Under the pieces are notes generated by a model. The model had not been told where the DNA came from. It saw nothing but the letters and a program-made list of their open reading frames with translations, and did no database searches. Both the position numbers and the translations under genes were made by a program. 64,000 bases of DNA from Candidatus Peregrinibacteria bacterium CG1_02_54_53. Lineage in GTDB: Bacteria > Patescibacteriota > Gracilibacteria > Peribacterales > Peribacteraceae. Below are positions 8,162 through 17,132 of the stretch, in pieces (within the stretch, counting starts at the first letter, position 1; every line of letters begins with the position of its first letter). Location: NCBI GenBank assembly GCA_001872575.1, contig MNWP01000030.1, forward strand, positions 10,780-74,779, read 5' to 3'.

Positions 8162-9604
8162 ATGGATTTCTCTGCTCCGCAACCGCGTCGTCGACCGGCA
8201 CTCCTGTCGTGGCGTACGATCGTACTGTTTGCCGTTACGCTTGCGATACTGATCGGGGCATGCGTGTTTTTCTTTCTCCACAGCCGAGCGACCATCGATC
8301 GTCTGGTGAAAGATCGCCTGCGTAACGAGGCGGCAATCGCCGCATTGCAGTTTACGGGCGAGGAGCTTATGGATATTCAATCGCCGGAGGATATGCTGTC
8401 TCCGGAATTCGGCAATTTGGTCTGGCGACTGCAGGATATTCGTGCGCGTTCTCCCGGCGTTCGCTTTGCATACATTATGCGCAAGACAGAGAATCCAGAG
8501 ATACTGGAATTCGTTATAGACGCAGACGCGCTCAGTAGCCTCGAGGAGCTGGATCGCAATCGAAACGGATCTGTAGATATCGACGAGGAGCCGGGTCTGC
8601 CGGGTGATCCCTATCTTGTTTCTGACATTCCATCATTACGGAATGATGCGTTCAATGGTCCCACAACGGACCCTGGTATTACGCGCGATCAGTGGGGATA
8701 TCTCTTCTCGGGCTACGCTCCTATTCGTGATCAGCAAGGTAATGCCGTGGCCGTGTTGGGTATCGATATATTGGCGGAAGACTATGCCGACATCGTGCAA
8801 AGCATCTTCTCGATGCAGGCGTTACTCCTCATTCTCTTCGGAGGGGTTCTCGTTATCTTCTCGGTGGTAGGTTCCATCTGGAGGCATCGTTCGAATGAGA
8901 TGGACAATCTCGATGCGGAGCGACGGTGGTTGCTGCAACTCGTGTTACACCAGGTGGGTACGCCGTTGACGATATTCAAGTGGGGCGTCGAGTCATTGCA
9001 GGAGATGCTGCCAAATCTTCCCGAATCTGCACAGAACGAGGTAAAGGAGAATATGTTGATTATGGAAGACGGCGTCTCGCGCTTGCAACATGTGGCCGAG
9101 GTGCTCTTGGCGGCAGATCGTATTCAGGAGGGGAGTATGAAAGTTTCAGAGGAGCGCGTGTCGTTCCGCAGCATCGTCGATGCAACCGTTGCAGGTATTT
9201 CGCCGCGCCTGGCCAAGCGTGCGCAGCAGATCGTGGTGGATATGGAAGAGGATGTGTCGCTTACCCTCGATCGTCGGCTGCTCTCGGGTGTTCTTCGTGA
9301 GCTTCTCGATAATGCTATGACGTACTCGCCGCGCAATGGCATAATTACCATTCACGTGAATCAACACAACAAACAAATCGAGGTGAGCGTCATCGATCAT
9401 GGAGCCGGAATTCCCCATGAAGATTTGCGGCGCGTGTTTGAACGATTCAGTCGTGGGTCCAATGCAGGAACATTCGATCCCAATGGCACGGGCGTCGGCC
9501 TGTACATTGCCAAGGGCATTGTGGAACGGTTTGGCGGAAAAATCGCCGTGCATTCAATGGAAGGAGACGGTACAACGGTCACATTTACGCTCCCGATTCG
9601 ATAA
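8162..9604 (+). CDS. Sensor histidine kinase with an extracytoplasmic sensor domain
   Basis: There are two TM segments (aa ~17-40 and ~215-240). It has the H-box 'LVLHQVGTPLT', the N-box 'LRELLDNAMTYSP', the G1 motif 'DHGAGIP' and the G2 motif 'GTGVGLYIAKGIV'. The sensor loop contains an EF-hand-like 'DRNRNGSVDIDE'. Confidence 0.85.
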   Translation: MDFSAPQPRRRPALLSWRTIVLFAVTLAILIGACVFFFLHSRATIDRLVKDRLRNEAAIAALQFTGEELMDIQSPEDMLSPEFGNLVWRLQDIRARSPGVRFAYIMRKTENPEILEFVIDADALSSLEELDRNRNGSVDIDEEPGLPGDPYLVSDIPSLRNDAFNGPTTDPGITRDQWGYLFSGYAPIRDQQGNAVAVLGIDILAEDYADIVQSIFSMQALLLILFGGVLVIFSVVGSIWRHRSNEMDNLDAERRWLLQLVLHQVGTPLTIFKWGVESLQEMLPNLPESAQNEVKENMLIMEDGVSRLQHVAEVLLAADRIQEGSMKVSEERVSFRSIVDATVAGISPRLAKRAQQIVVDMEEDVSLTLDRRLLSGVLRELLDNAMTYSPRNGIITIHVNQHNKQIEVSVIDHGAGIPHEDLRRVFERFSRGSNAGTFDPNGTGVGLYIAKGIVERFGGKIAVHSMEGDGTTVTFTLPIR

Positions 9605-9629
9605 CGCAAGAGTCATGCGGTAAGCATTA

Positions 9630-10373
9630 TTATTTCTGCTGATACTTTTTGACGTGGCCGCTATTCCTCTTTTTCTTGTTGTGGCAATGAGCAGGTGCCT
9701 CTGGATCGCCCGGAAGCAGGCATAACTGTTGAAACAGAGCACGTGCCTCTTGAGCGAGAGAAAACGGTGCGTGGCTGCCGTTACCATTTTCTCTTGGTGG
9801 CTGTTCGAATGCCAGTCTGGATATGCTTTGGCGGATTGTGGCGCTATTGATATCAATCCTATGTATGAGGCATTCTGCCTTCTGTCGGATCGCCGTCATG
9901 GCCTCTTCGGTTTCCTGCATCATGCGTTGCTCCAGCCTTTCGATGGATTGGCCGATTCCACGGAGCTGACACCCGAAAGTGGCAATATCATCAGCGGTGA
10001 GTTTTGCATAGCAGAAATCAGCGCATCCTATAGGTTCTAATGAGCAGTCGGCACCGAGAGAAGTTGCCAGTTTTACGAAGGAATGCCTTTTGGTGCGCGC
10101 TGTCCACAGCGCCGATAGAAATGTTTCGAGGCTCCGGCGCCTGATGATTTTCTGTACCAGTGGATCCTCGAGCAGGCTCACAAAGTAACGGACGTTGTCA
10201 AAACGGAGCTGTATCTGCTCGGTCTGTTGTGCCACAGATTGCATCTCTGCTCTCAGCCGAGAGATATCGTCTATCGATGTGCCGGCATCCACCTGCTCTT
10301 CTGGCTCCGGGAGCTGTGCCATTCGACGAACCACACTACGAGGTCTCCTATGCCTGTCAATGGTTCGGATCAC
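9630..10373 (-). CDS. Hypothetical protein
   Basis: The 247-aa ORF has a GTG start directly abutting the stop of the upstream PEPC gene. An alternative ATG lies at 10322. I recognised no motif. Confidence 0.5.
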   Translation of the reverse strand: MIRTIDRHRRPRSVVRRMAQLPEPEEQVDAGTSIDDISRLRAEMQSVAQQTEQIQLRFDNVRYFVSLLEDPLVQKIIRRRSLETFLSALWTARTKRHSFVKLATSLGADCSLEPIGCADFCYAKLTADDIATFGCQLRGIGQSIERLEQRMMQETEEAMTAIRQKAECLIHRIDINSATIRQSISRLAFEQPPRENGNGSHAPFSLAQEARALFQQLCLLPGDPEAPAHCHNKKKRNSGHVKKYQQK

Positions 10374-11903
10374 TTATCCTAAACTGCAGCGAATCGTTCC
10401 GGCTTCCACAATATCCCGCTCTATGGCTTCGGGATCGGGAGCACCGTGCAACCGCTGGAAAATGGTGGAGGTGATGTTACGATGGATGATATGGTGCGGC
10501 TTTTCGGGGCCGAGGGTGACACCCAGAATTTCCTCAATGGCGGTGACATCCGTTTTCACTTCTCTGAATGCTTCAGAATCGCGTGCGAGCAGATCAAGAT
10601 TCTCGCGATTGAGGAATTTTCCTGCGTGTTGAAGGTCGGCACGCAACGCGGGGTAGTGCCGCTCGAGCAGCGGGAGCAGGTTTTTCTCTTTCGCTGCCTT
10701 GAGACCACGGCCGGTTGCGATGAGTTCCGGCGGTACGCCGAGAGAGTAGAACGCGCAGGTGAAACCGATGGCGCGGGGCAGCTTGACCGCGCCGATGCCG
10801 CGACTGTAGCCGAAGAGTCCGATGTGCAGCAGGCGCTCGCGGCGAGGAGGAATGAAACGGGCCACCTGATTGATGAGCGGCGCCATCGCTTCGATGGCGG
10901 GCTTCCAGCAGGTGACGAAAAGATCGGCCAGCTCGCGCAGCTTCTGCAGATCGGCGGAGGAAATGCGTTGCACGGAGCGCCGCGGGGCTTCGTCACGGAT
11001 TTCGGTAAGTGCCCGGCGAACGTCTTCGAGTCGGTAATCGTACCGGAAGGCGGATTGGATGGAGTACGTGCGCGTGCCCGCATACTGATCCAGAAATGTC
11101 TTGGTGTAGGTGGGGTTCACGCTGCCGCGAAAGGGGAGCGATCCGGTGCCGAGGATAGGATGCACGGCGAATCCCATGCGCTCGGCAAGCGTATCGGCGG
11201 CGCTCAGCGCCGCGCGCACGGCCAGCACGGCCGGCACGAGACCCGAGTTCATGGCCGGATCCGAACGTGCGAGAAAGATTCGCTGGCCGCGCTCACGCAG
11301 GTTTTTCCCTTCCGAAATGAGTTGCTGCCAGTACGGCGCCAGAATTTTCTCGATGCCGAAGAGGGAATCAATATCCTCAACGAGCGGGGTTACGAACGTG
11401 CGGTCGTAGAGATGGTGTTCATCTTCGCGTTTCTGATGAAAGACCGAGCGGTGTTCATCGGCCGTCTCGCGAAACGCGCGCAGAGCCTCAATGGGCTGTT
11501 CGGCCGATGTGGTGAGCGGCAGGAACATTTCGGTCACCGGTGGACGGGGCAGGCCGATTTCCTTGGCGAGGTCTCCAAGCGAGAGAATGTTCATGAATGC
11601 GCGTGCGGCACGGTGCGTTCTGCCGCTGTCCCATGCGGGAATGCGGTATGTGAGGTGCACCTCTTCGCCAAGCGGTTTTTTGTGAAAGAACTCCTGCGCG
11701 CGCGAGAAGAGTTTTTCACCCACGGCCTCATCCACATACTTGCCTTCCCAATCCCACATGTACTCGTCAATGGGCAGCTCCTGAAAGAGCAGGAGCAATT
11801 CATCAATTTCGTCCTGCGTGGGAATGAAGGCATCCTGACGCCACCACGGTACTGATGCGTTGTCCGGGTGTTGCGTGGCCATGGTGACGGGCGGCCAAAC
11901 CAT
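10374..11903 (-). CDS. ppcA: Archaeal-type phosphoenolpyruvate carboxylase
   Basis: The N-terminal 'MATQHPDNASVPWW' is the hallmark TQHPDN of the ~500-aa archaeal-type PEPC family. The length is 509 aa. The start may be the ATG at 11882. Confidence 0.75.
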   Translation of the reverse strand: MVWPPVTMATQHPDNASVPWWRQDAFIPTQDEIDELLLLFQELPIDEYMWDWEGKYVDEAVGEKLFSRAQEFFHKKPLGEEVHLTYRIPAWDSGRTHRAARAFMNILSLGDLAKEIGLPRPPVTEMFLPLTTSAEQPIEALRAFRETADEHRSVFHQKREDEHHLYDRTFVTPLVEDIDSLFGIEKILAPYWQQLISEGKNLRERGQRIFLARSDPAMNSGLVPAVLAVRAALSAADTLAERMGFAVHPILGTGSLPFRGSVNPTYTKTFLDQYAGTRTYSIQSAFRYDYRLEDVRRALTEIRDEAPRRSVQRISSADLQKLRELADLFVTCWKPAIEAMAPLINQVARFIPPRRERLLHIGLFGYSRGIGAVKLPRAIGFTCAFYSLGVPPELIATGRGLKAAKEKNLLPLLERHYPALRADLQHAGKFLNRENLDLLARDSEAFREVKTDVTAIEEILGVTLGPEKPHHIIHRNITSTIFQRLHGAPDPEAIERDIVEAGTIRCSLG

Positions 11904-11951
11904 GGCGACATCCTACCGATATTGCACGGAGGGACATATGATTTTCACGTT

Positions 11952-13112
11952 ATGACCTCCTCCCTGTTTTCGCGGCTTGCTCCTGCGTCTTCTGATCCGA
12001 TCTTCGCCATCGCCGCCGAAGCGAAGGCTGCGGGAGCAGGTGTCATTGATGCAACAGTGGGAATGATGCTCGATGAGACGGGGGAACCTTTTGCCCTTCC
12101 GTGTGTGCGCGATGCGTTCAAGGAATTGACGCGACAATATGAGAAGAGTGATTTCGCGTATCCGTCCCTTCTCGGTGAGAGCGCATTCCGTTCTGCGACG
12201 ATACGTCTTATTTTCGGTGATCAGTCGCAGAATGTCGCTTCCATAGCCACGACGGGTGGAACGGGTGCGGTGATGCTTAACCTCAAACTCCTCAAACTAT
12301 TGCAAATCTCCGACATCATTATGCCGGTCCCCACATGGCCCAATCATCGGCGATTGATTTCCTCTTTGGGGTTCTCGGTGCGCGAAGTGTCGTATCTTAA
12401 GCGGGGCAATCCGTCCATTCACGCAATCACCGAGGCACTCTCCACTGCTTCAGCACCATGCGCACTGCTTCTTCAGGTGTGCGGACACAATCCGACGGGA
12501 AAAGATTTCAAAACGACACAGTGGCAGGAGCTTACGGCGTTTCTTCGTGACAAGGATCACATGATTCTGCTCGACTTCGCCTATCAGGGGCTGGCGCAAG
12601 GCATTGAAGAGGATGCAGAGCCCATACGCCTGCTTCGGTCTGCCGGAGTACCGTTGTTGGTTGCATGGTCCGCCTCGAAGAATCATACGATCTACGGATT
12701 GAGAACGGGGTTAGCCTGTGCCGTTGCCGGCGATTCCGGGCAGAAAGACGAGCTCGAGCAGCACTTCAAAATTCTCACGCGCGAAGTCCATTCTGCGGCG
12801 CCGGTGACGGGGCAGCAGATTGTCGCTCTCGTTCAGGAGCGCTTTCAGGATCAGTGGCGCGTTGAGCTAGCCGGTGCGCAGGAGGATATCCATCGCAAAC
12901 GTGCCCGACTTCTGCAGGCATTTCCTGTCTGGTCCCCGGCACTCGAAGGCACGGGACTATACACGCGTCTGCCGCTCTCTTCCGATCAGATAGCGGCTCT
13001 CAAGCGTGCGAAAGTTTTTCTGCTCGACGACGGGCGTATCAACATCGCCGGAATATCCACGGGACGAATGGAGGAGTTCATCGAGAAGTGTAAACGCAGC
13101 ATTGCATCATAA
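11952..13112 (+). CDS. Aspartate/aromatic aminotransferase (class I, subfamily I-alpha)
   Basis: 'WSASKNHTIYGLRTG' matches the PLP-lysine motif SxSKNxxxYGxRxG of AspC-type enzymes. 'CGHNPTGKD' is also present. I trimmed the start to the ATG at 11952. Confidence 0.8.
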   Translation: MTSSLFSRLAPASSDPIFAIAAEAKAAGAGVIDATVGMMLDETGEPFALPCVRDAFKELTRQYEKSDFAYPSLLGESAFRSATIRLIFGDQSQNVASIATTGGTGAVMLNLKLLKLLQISDIIMPVPTWPNHRRLISSLGFSVREVSYLKRGNPSIHAITEALSTASAPCALLLQVCGHNPTGKDFKTTQWQELTAFLRDKDHMILLDFAYQGLAQGIEEDAEPIRLLRSAGVPLLVAWSASKNHTIYGLRTGLACAVAGDSGQKDELEQHFKILTREVHSAAPVTGQQIVALVQERFQDQWRVELAGAQEDIHRKRARLLQAFPVWSPALEGTGLYTRLPLSSDQIAALKRAKVFLLDDGRINIAGISTGRMEEFIEKCKRSIAS

Positions 13113-13315
13113 GCTTCGCTCTTCGCAAGCTGTTCCAGCGATGAACATGGCGATGAATTATTCTTGATGATTCGATGTTTCCGCTAACTGCAGGGCTTTT
13201 TGATGTGCCAGTCCTGTTGTAATTTTTTTGAACAGTAAGAATTTCCGCATCACGGCAGATGTTGACACCCTCATGACGGCGGCCTACAACGGGGCATCTT
13301 TCCTCCTTTTCATCT

Positions 13316-13708
13316 ATGTCTACCGTTGAAAACTTTCCTGATCTTACTACGGGTCACGAAGTGGTGACACCCGATACCTGGCCCGAAGGGGTGCCGCGTG
13401 ACGGCATCGAACTTCGACAGATGTTGGATGCTGTTCAGAGCGGGAATTACGATCAGCGTCTGCAGCTGATGGCTAAGCAGAGTTCCAGATTTGAGCAGAT
13501 CAAAGCATTGGAGGGTCAGCTCTCTCCTCTGACGTATTCCTCGCGGCCATTTACCGATTTGCAGATGGCGCGGCACCTGGCGGAGGATTTGCAGAAACTG
13601 CGCGACCTCTACGAAAATGGAAATTTTGTCGGACGTACCATTCGGGGAGTGACGCGCGGAGTGCGCAGTTGGCTTGAGAAGCAGCCTGCGGAGGATACAA
13701 ATGGATAG
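13316..13708 (+). CDS. Hypothetical protein
   Basis: This is a 130-aa ORF. A TTGACA-N17-TACAAC promoter-like site lies at 13262-13290. I recognised no motif. Confidence 0.5.
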   Translation: MSTVENFPDLTTGHEVVTPDTWPEGVPRDGIELRQMLDAVQSGNYDQRLQLMAKQSSRFEQIKALEGQLSPLTYSSRPFTDLQMARHLAEDLQKLRDLYENGNFVGRTIRGVTRGVRSWLEKQPAEDTNG

Positions 13709-13749
13709 TTACGGTTGCGCTGCGGCATCCGATCCGCGACCATCGGTGT

Positions 13750-14298
13750 ATGAAAACCTGCACCGAATATCTCATAATGCACACATCCAAGCGGCGTTGC
13801 TTTATCCATCTCACGCCGCAGGTTGCGGAGGTGGTGCGTAAGAGCGGTATTCAAGAAGGGCTGTGTCTCGTGAATGCCATGCATATCACGGCGTCGGTGT
13901 TCATCAACGACAATGAGTCGGGCCTGCATGAGGATTTTGAACGGTGGCTCGAAGAGCTCGCTCCGTTCAACGCATCGCCCGATGTGTACCACCACAACCG
14001 TACGGGTGAAGACAATGCCGATGCACACTTAAAGCGCCAGATCATGGGGCGCGAGGTGACGGTGGCCGTGACCGACGGCAAGCTCGATCTGGGTCCGTGC
14101 CCATTCGACTCCTCGCTTCGCTCGTCGCTCAGGGCACTCTGAGCGAGCCCCGAGCGTAGCCCGCCCGATCCGAAACGGAATCGTTCGGGCGGGTACGGAC
14201 GGGTCGAGGGGCGAGTCGAAGGGTGGGAGGCCATCTTCTACGGCGAATTCGACGGGCAGAGACCAAAACGAGTGTTGATCAAAATTATTGGCGAATAA
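13750..14298 (+). pseudogene. yjbQ: YjbQ/UPF0047 family gene interrupted by a 126-nt palindromic element
   Basis: '...[34 protein letters not shown]' (to 14097) and '[24 protein letters not shown]' (14224-14298) are in the same frame. Together they reconstitute the conserved YjbQ C-terminus (LxLGxW..I...E.DG.R.R). The intervening 126 nt carries an in-frame TGA at 14140. Confidence 0.75.
14098..14223. repeat. Nested-palindrome GC-rich mini-element (MITE/REP-like) inserted in yjbQ
   Basis: The outer arms are ttcgactc / gagtcgaa and the inner arms are cccgcccga / tcgggcggg. It shares the motifs CTTCGCTC..CTCAGGG, CTGAGCGAGCC..GAGCGTAGC and GAGTCGAAGGG with other copies in the window. Confidence 0.7.
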
Positions 14299-14415
14299 GA
14301 CATGGGAGCTGGCCTGCCCGGCAAAGCTTCGCAAAGCGGAGCGAAGTCGGGTCAAAGTGATCGGAGAGTGAGTCTGGGTGCGCAAAAGGTGCACATCTGC
14401 TATAATGATGTACCC

Positions 14416-14637
14416 ATGACCACAGAAGCCCCTCTTCCTCTACGCGGCCCCGTTCCTCTGCCCGAAGGACAAATTCCTCAGGATGAAGAACTGAGGGCGC
14501 TTCTGGCTGAGTTGGAGGTCGCTACTTCCGCATTGGCAGATTGGCCGGGGAGCGCACTTGTCCATGAGCTGCACAGGGTCGCAGCCCGGAAGTATCGTAA
14601 TGCACTCACCAAACGTGGCGTGGTCATACGTGAGTGA
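14416..14637 (+). CDS. Small hypothetical protein
   Basis: This is a 73-aa ORF (MTTEAPLPLRG...). A TATAAT lies at 14401-14406, 9 nt before the ATG. It sits just upstream of the GHKL protein. Confidence 0.45.
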   Translation: MTTEAPLPLRGPVPLPEGQIPQDEELRALLAELEVATSALADWPGSALVHELHRVAARKYRNALTKRGVVIRE

Positions 14638-14653
14638 ATTTTCTTCTACATTC

Positions 14654-15826
14654 ATGCCTGACGAACATCCACATTCACCAGAGACCCCACACGCCCGGCC
14701 CTCCGAAGTCGTAAGACACGGTAATCAGGTTGAAAAACAGCAGGCGGATGCGCAGGCCTCTTCGCGCATTACCACATTCACCAAAAACTCGGATGAGGAT
14801 GCGGAAAAACTGCAGGAACGGTTCATCAATGAAATACTTTTTCCGGTGATCGAGTGGGTGATTCTGCCCGATGCACGTGACCTCGTTGCCGATATCACGG
14901 CGAGCCTCGAACAGGGAATGCCGGATGCCGCACGCGCAAGGGGATGGGGTGAGCGTGCTTTCGTCATCGTGGGTCGCATGAGTCATCTGCTGAAAGAGAT
15001 TCAACAGGCGGCAAGCAGAAACCTCGGTCCCGTCGGAGCGTTCGCCATGTCGGAGATCGCGCATCATTGCCCCAAATTCCTGCACATGTTCATCGCGCCG
15101 ACTTGTCGATCTCTGGCGGATGCTCTTAAGCGCGGAGATACGGATGGCGCTCAGAATGCCCGTACAATAATCCTGAAAGAGCTTGGTGGTGCCGATGTAC
15201 TGCCCGCACAAGCGCGATTTCAATTTCTTCTGGAAAAATACTTCATCACCAAGTTGGCATTCACCAATCGTTTTGAAGATGCAAAGCAGGGTATCAACGC
15301 TCCCGGTAATTTCACTCGCATCGTGGCACGATTGGAGCGTCGAACAGGCGAATTACTGCGCGATGTGTTGCAGTTGGAGCAGCATTCCTACGATGTGGAA
15401 TTCATCACGAATATTCCCGAGCAGCAGCAGGAACACGATTTGATTCCACGCGCAGGATTGACCGAAGAAGTGCTGGCGGAGTTGATGCTCAACGCGTTCA
15501 AGGTGATGGAACAGACACACAAGGGATCAAAACTGCTCGTGTCGGTCATTCTGCGCAAAGATGGCAGTATGCTGCTCAAGGTGCGTGACGATGGTCCGGG
15601 CATCGGTGATCGCAATCCGGAAGAGCTCTTCAAAGCGGGCGAAACCACAACTCAGCGTTTCGGAGGCACGGGTATGGGGCTCACATTCCTGCGTGAGAAT
15701 ATTCAGGATCACTTCGGAGGTTTTCTCGATGCGCAAAAAAATGAAGAGATCGATGAAAGCCCCGGCATGACTTTTTCGTGTATTCTTCCGCCGGAAGGGG
15801 GATGGCAGCAAAAAAACAAGCAATGA
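14654..15826 (+). CDS. Cytoplasmic GHKL/HATPase_c-domain protein (histidine-kinase-like, no recognisable H-box)
   Basis: The C-terminus has 'LAELMLNAFKV' (N-box-like), 'RDDGPGIGD' (G1) and 'FGGTGMGLTFLREN' (G2). There is no TM segment. I trimmed the start to the ATG at 14654. Confidence 0.7.
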   Translation: MPDEHPHSPETPHARPSEVVRHGNQVEKQQADAQASSRITTFTKNSDEDAEKLQERFINEILFPVIEWVILPDARDLVADITASLEQGMPDAARARGWGERAFVIVGRMSHLLKEIQQAASRNLGPVGAFAMSEIAHHCPKFLHMFIAPTCRSLADALKRGDTDGAQNARTIILKELGGADVLPAQARFQFLLEKYFITKLAFTNRFEDAKQGINAPGNFTRIVARLERRTGELLRDVLQLEQHSYDVEFITNIPEQQQEHDLIPRAGLTEEVLAELMLNAFKVMEQTHKGSKLLVSVILRKDGSMLLKVRDDGPGIGDRNPEELFKAGETTTQRFGGTGMGLTFLRENIQDHFGGFLDAQKNEEIDESPGMTFSCILPPEGGWQQKNKQ

Positions 15827-15835
15827 TGTGACTTT

Positions 15836-16465
15836 CTACCGGTTTGGCTTCAGCGGATTAGGCCACTGCGTATCGATGAATTTCTCACGCTCAATGGGGT
15901 CTGCCTTTCGCAATCCTGCGATCTGTGCCCGCGAGAGAATAGAGAAGTGCCGCGCGTCATCCAGAAACTCCGGGATGTACCACACGTCCTCCTCATCCGT
16001 CATCCAGCCCTGTGCATCGAATCGCGACAGATTTACGGGCACGGAGTACGAGCGCAGCGTCTTGCGTCCGTCCTTCGTGAAGTACTCGTGGAAGAACGAG
16101 AGCGCGAGTTCGCGCACCGTGCGGTACACGGGCTCGCGGTATCGCAGCACCCCGTGGTTCGTCTTGCTCAGGGCGCCCCAGTGGTTCTTGATCTGAAACA
16201 ACGCGACCACGTGGTCCTCATCATCCTTGGTCGCTTTCAGATCCATCACCAGCGGACGAAATCCTGCAATCCGCAGTGCACATGCGGCAAGCATGGCGCC
16301 TTCCATGCAGTGGGCGTGCCGCTCCCTCAGAACCCGCCGCGGCGACAGGCACGTGTCACCGCATTTTTCGAAATTCACGGCCAGTGTATCGAGCTCATCC
16401 TGAATTTTTCGCGGTGTATTCAACGGTCGCAGGATCGCCAGTTCTTCGCGCGTGAAACCGAACAT
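15836..16465 (-). CDS. Transglutaminase-like cysteine-peptidase-fold protein (function unknown)
   Basis: 'RHAHCMEGAMLAACALRIAGF ... EDHVVALFQIKNHWGAL' resembles the Cys...His core of the transglutaminase-like superfamily. Confidence 0.45.
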   Translation of the reverse strand: MFGFTREELAILRPLNTPRKIQDELDTLAVNFEKCGDTCLSPRRVLRERHAHCMEGAMLAACALRIAGFRPLVMDLKATKDDEDHVVALFQIKNHWGALSKTNHGVLRYREPVYRTVRELALSFFHEYFTKDGRKTLRSYSVPVNLSRFDAQGWMTDEEDVWYIPEFLDDARHFSILSRAQIAGLRKADPIEREKFIDTQWPNPLKPNR

Positions 16466-16503
16466 GAGGGGAGTATAGCGAACGTGAGCTTACGATTCTT
16501 CCT

Positions 16504-17046
16504 TTGATTAATTCTGACGTAGAATGGCACCCTGTGATTCCGGAATCTCTCAACGATGCGGCAGATTTAGAAGCGGCGTTTCTCGCATGGAATGAGCAGT
16601 TCTTTCGCTACGTGTTTGCACGCATCCGCCAGCAGGAAGTTGCCGAGGATATCGTGCAGGATGCGTTTACGAAGGCATGGGAGAAACGACACAGTTTTCA
16701 ATCTGGAAGAGCCTCACTACGCACATGGCTCTTCACCATTGTGGTGAATACCATGCGCGATCATTTTCGCCGTCAGAAGCGCCGGGGTACAGATCCGCTT
16801 GATGACGAAATTGCCGACGACATTGATATTGTGCACGACGTCGATACGGTGGTGATGTCGGAATTCGTTCTCGCTTGTCTGCGCATGCTCTCAGAGCGGG
16901 AACAGGAACTCCTCACGTTGCGGTACATCAATGCCCTCTCCATTCAGGAGGTATGTCATATCACAGGCATGAAGGAGAGCGCCGTAAAGGTTGCCATCCA
17001 TCGGGCGATTTCCAAATTACGCGATATCTGTAATGCCGACTCATGA
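16504..17046 (+). CDS. ECF-type RNA polymerase sigma-70 factor
   Basis: Region 2 is 'AEDIVQDAFTKAWEKRHSF...LRTWLFTIVVNTMRDHFRR'. Region 4 is 'LSEREQELLTLRYINALSIQEVCHITGMKESAVKVAIHRAISKLR'. The TTG start is uncertain. Confidence 0.85.
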   Translation: MINSDVEWHPVIPESLNDAADLEAAFLAWNEQFFRYVFARIRQQEVAEDIVQDAFTKAWEKRHSFQSGRASLRTWLFTIVVNTMRDHFRRQKRRGTDPLDDEIADDIDIVHDVDTVVMSEFVLACLRMLSEREQELLTLRYINALSIQEVCHITGMKESAVKVAIHRAISKLRDICNADS

Positions 17047-17132
17047 TCCCGATTTTTCCCAATATCGGCTGTAACCCCTCCTGCATACGTTCGTATACAT
17101 GAGTGAGAGGCGTCAGCCTTTCCCCCCTGACA

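Noticed and set aside
10446-11855. A 469-aa ORF on the plus strand spanning almost the whole PEPC gene
   Set aside because: It is the antisense shadow of a well-supported gene in GC-rich DNA. Its sequence is Arg/Gly/Ala-rich with no motif. The same applies to other long antisense ORFs, e.g. 2516-3703 (+), 24537-25409 (+), 27906-28481 (+), 51905-53092 (-), 54501-55169 (-) and 47882-48511 (-).
14140-14142. TGA read as a sense codon (genetic code 4/25), which would make yjbQ continuous
   Set aside because: TGA clearly terminates other well-defined genes here, e.g. alaS at 6136-6138, the gene ending at 4785 and the HAD gene at 57253-57255. Protein lengths are normal under code 11.
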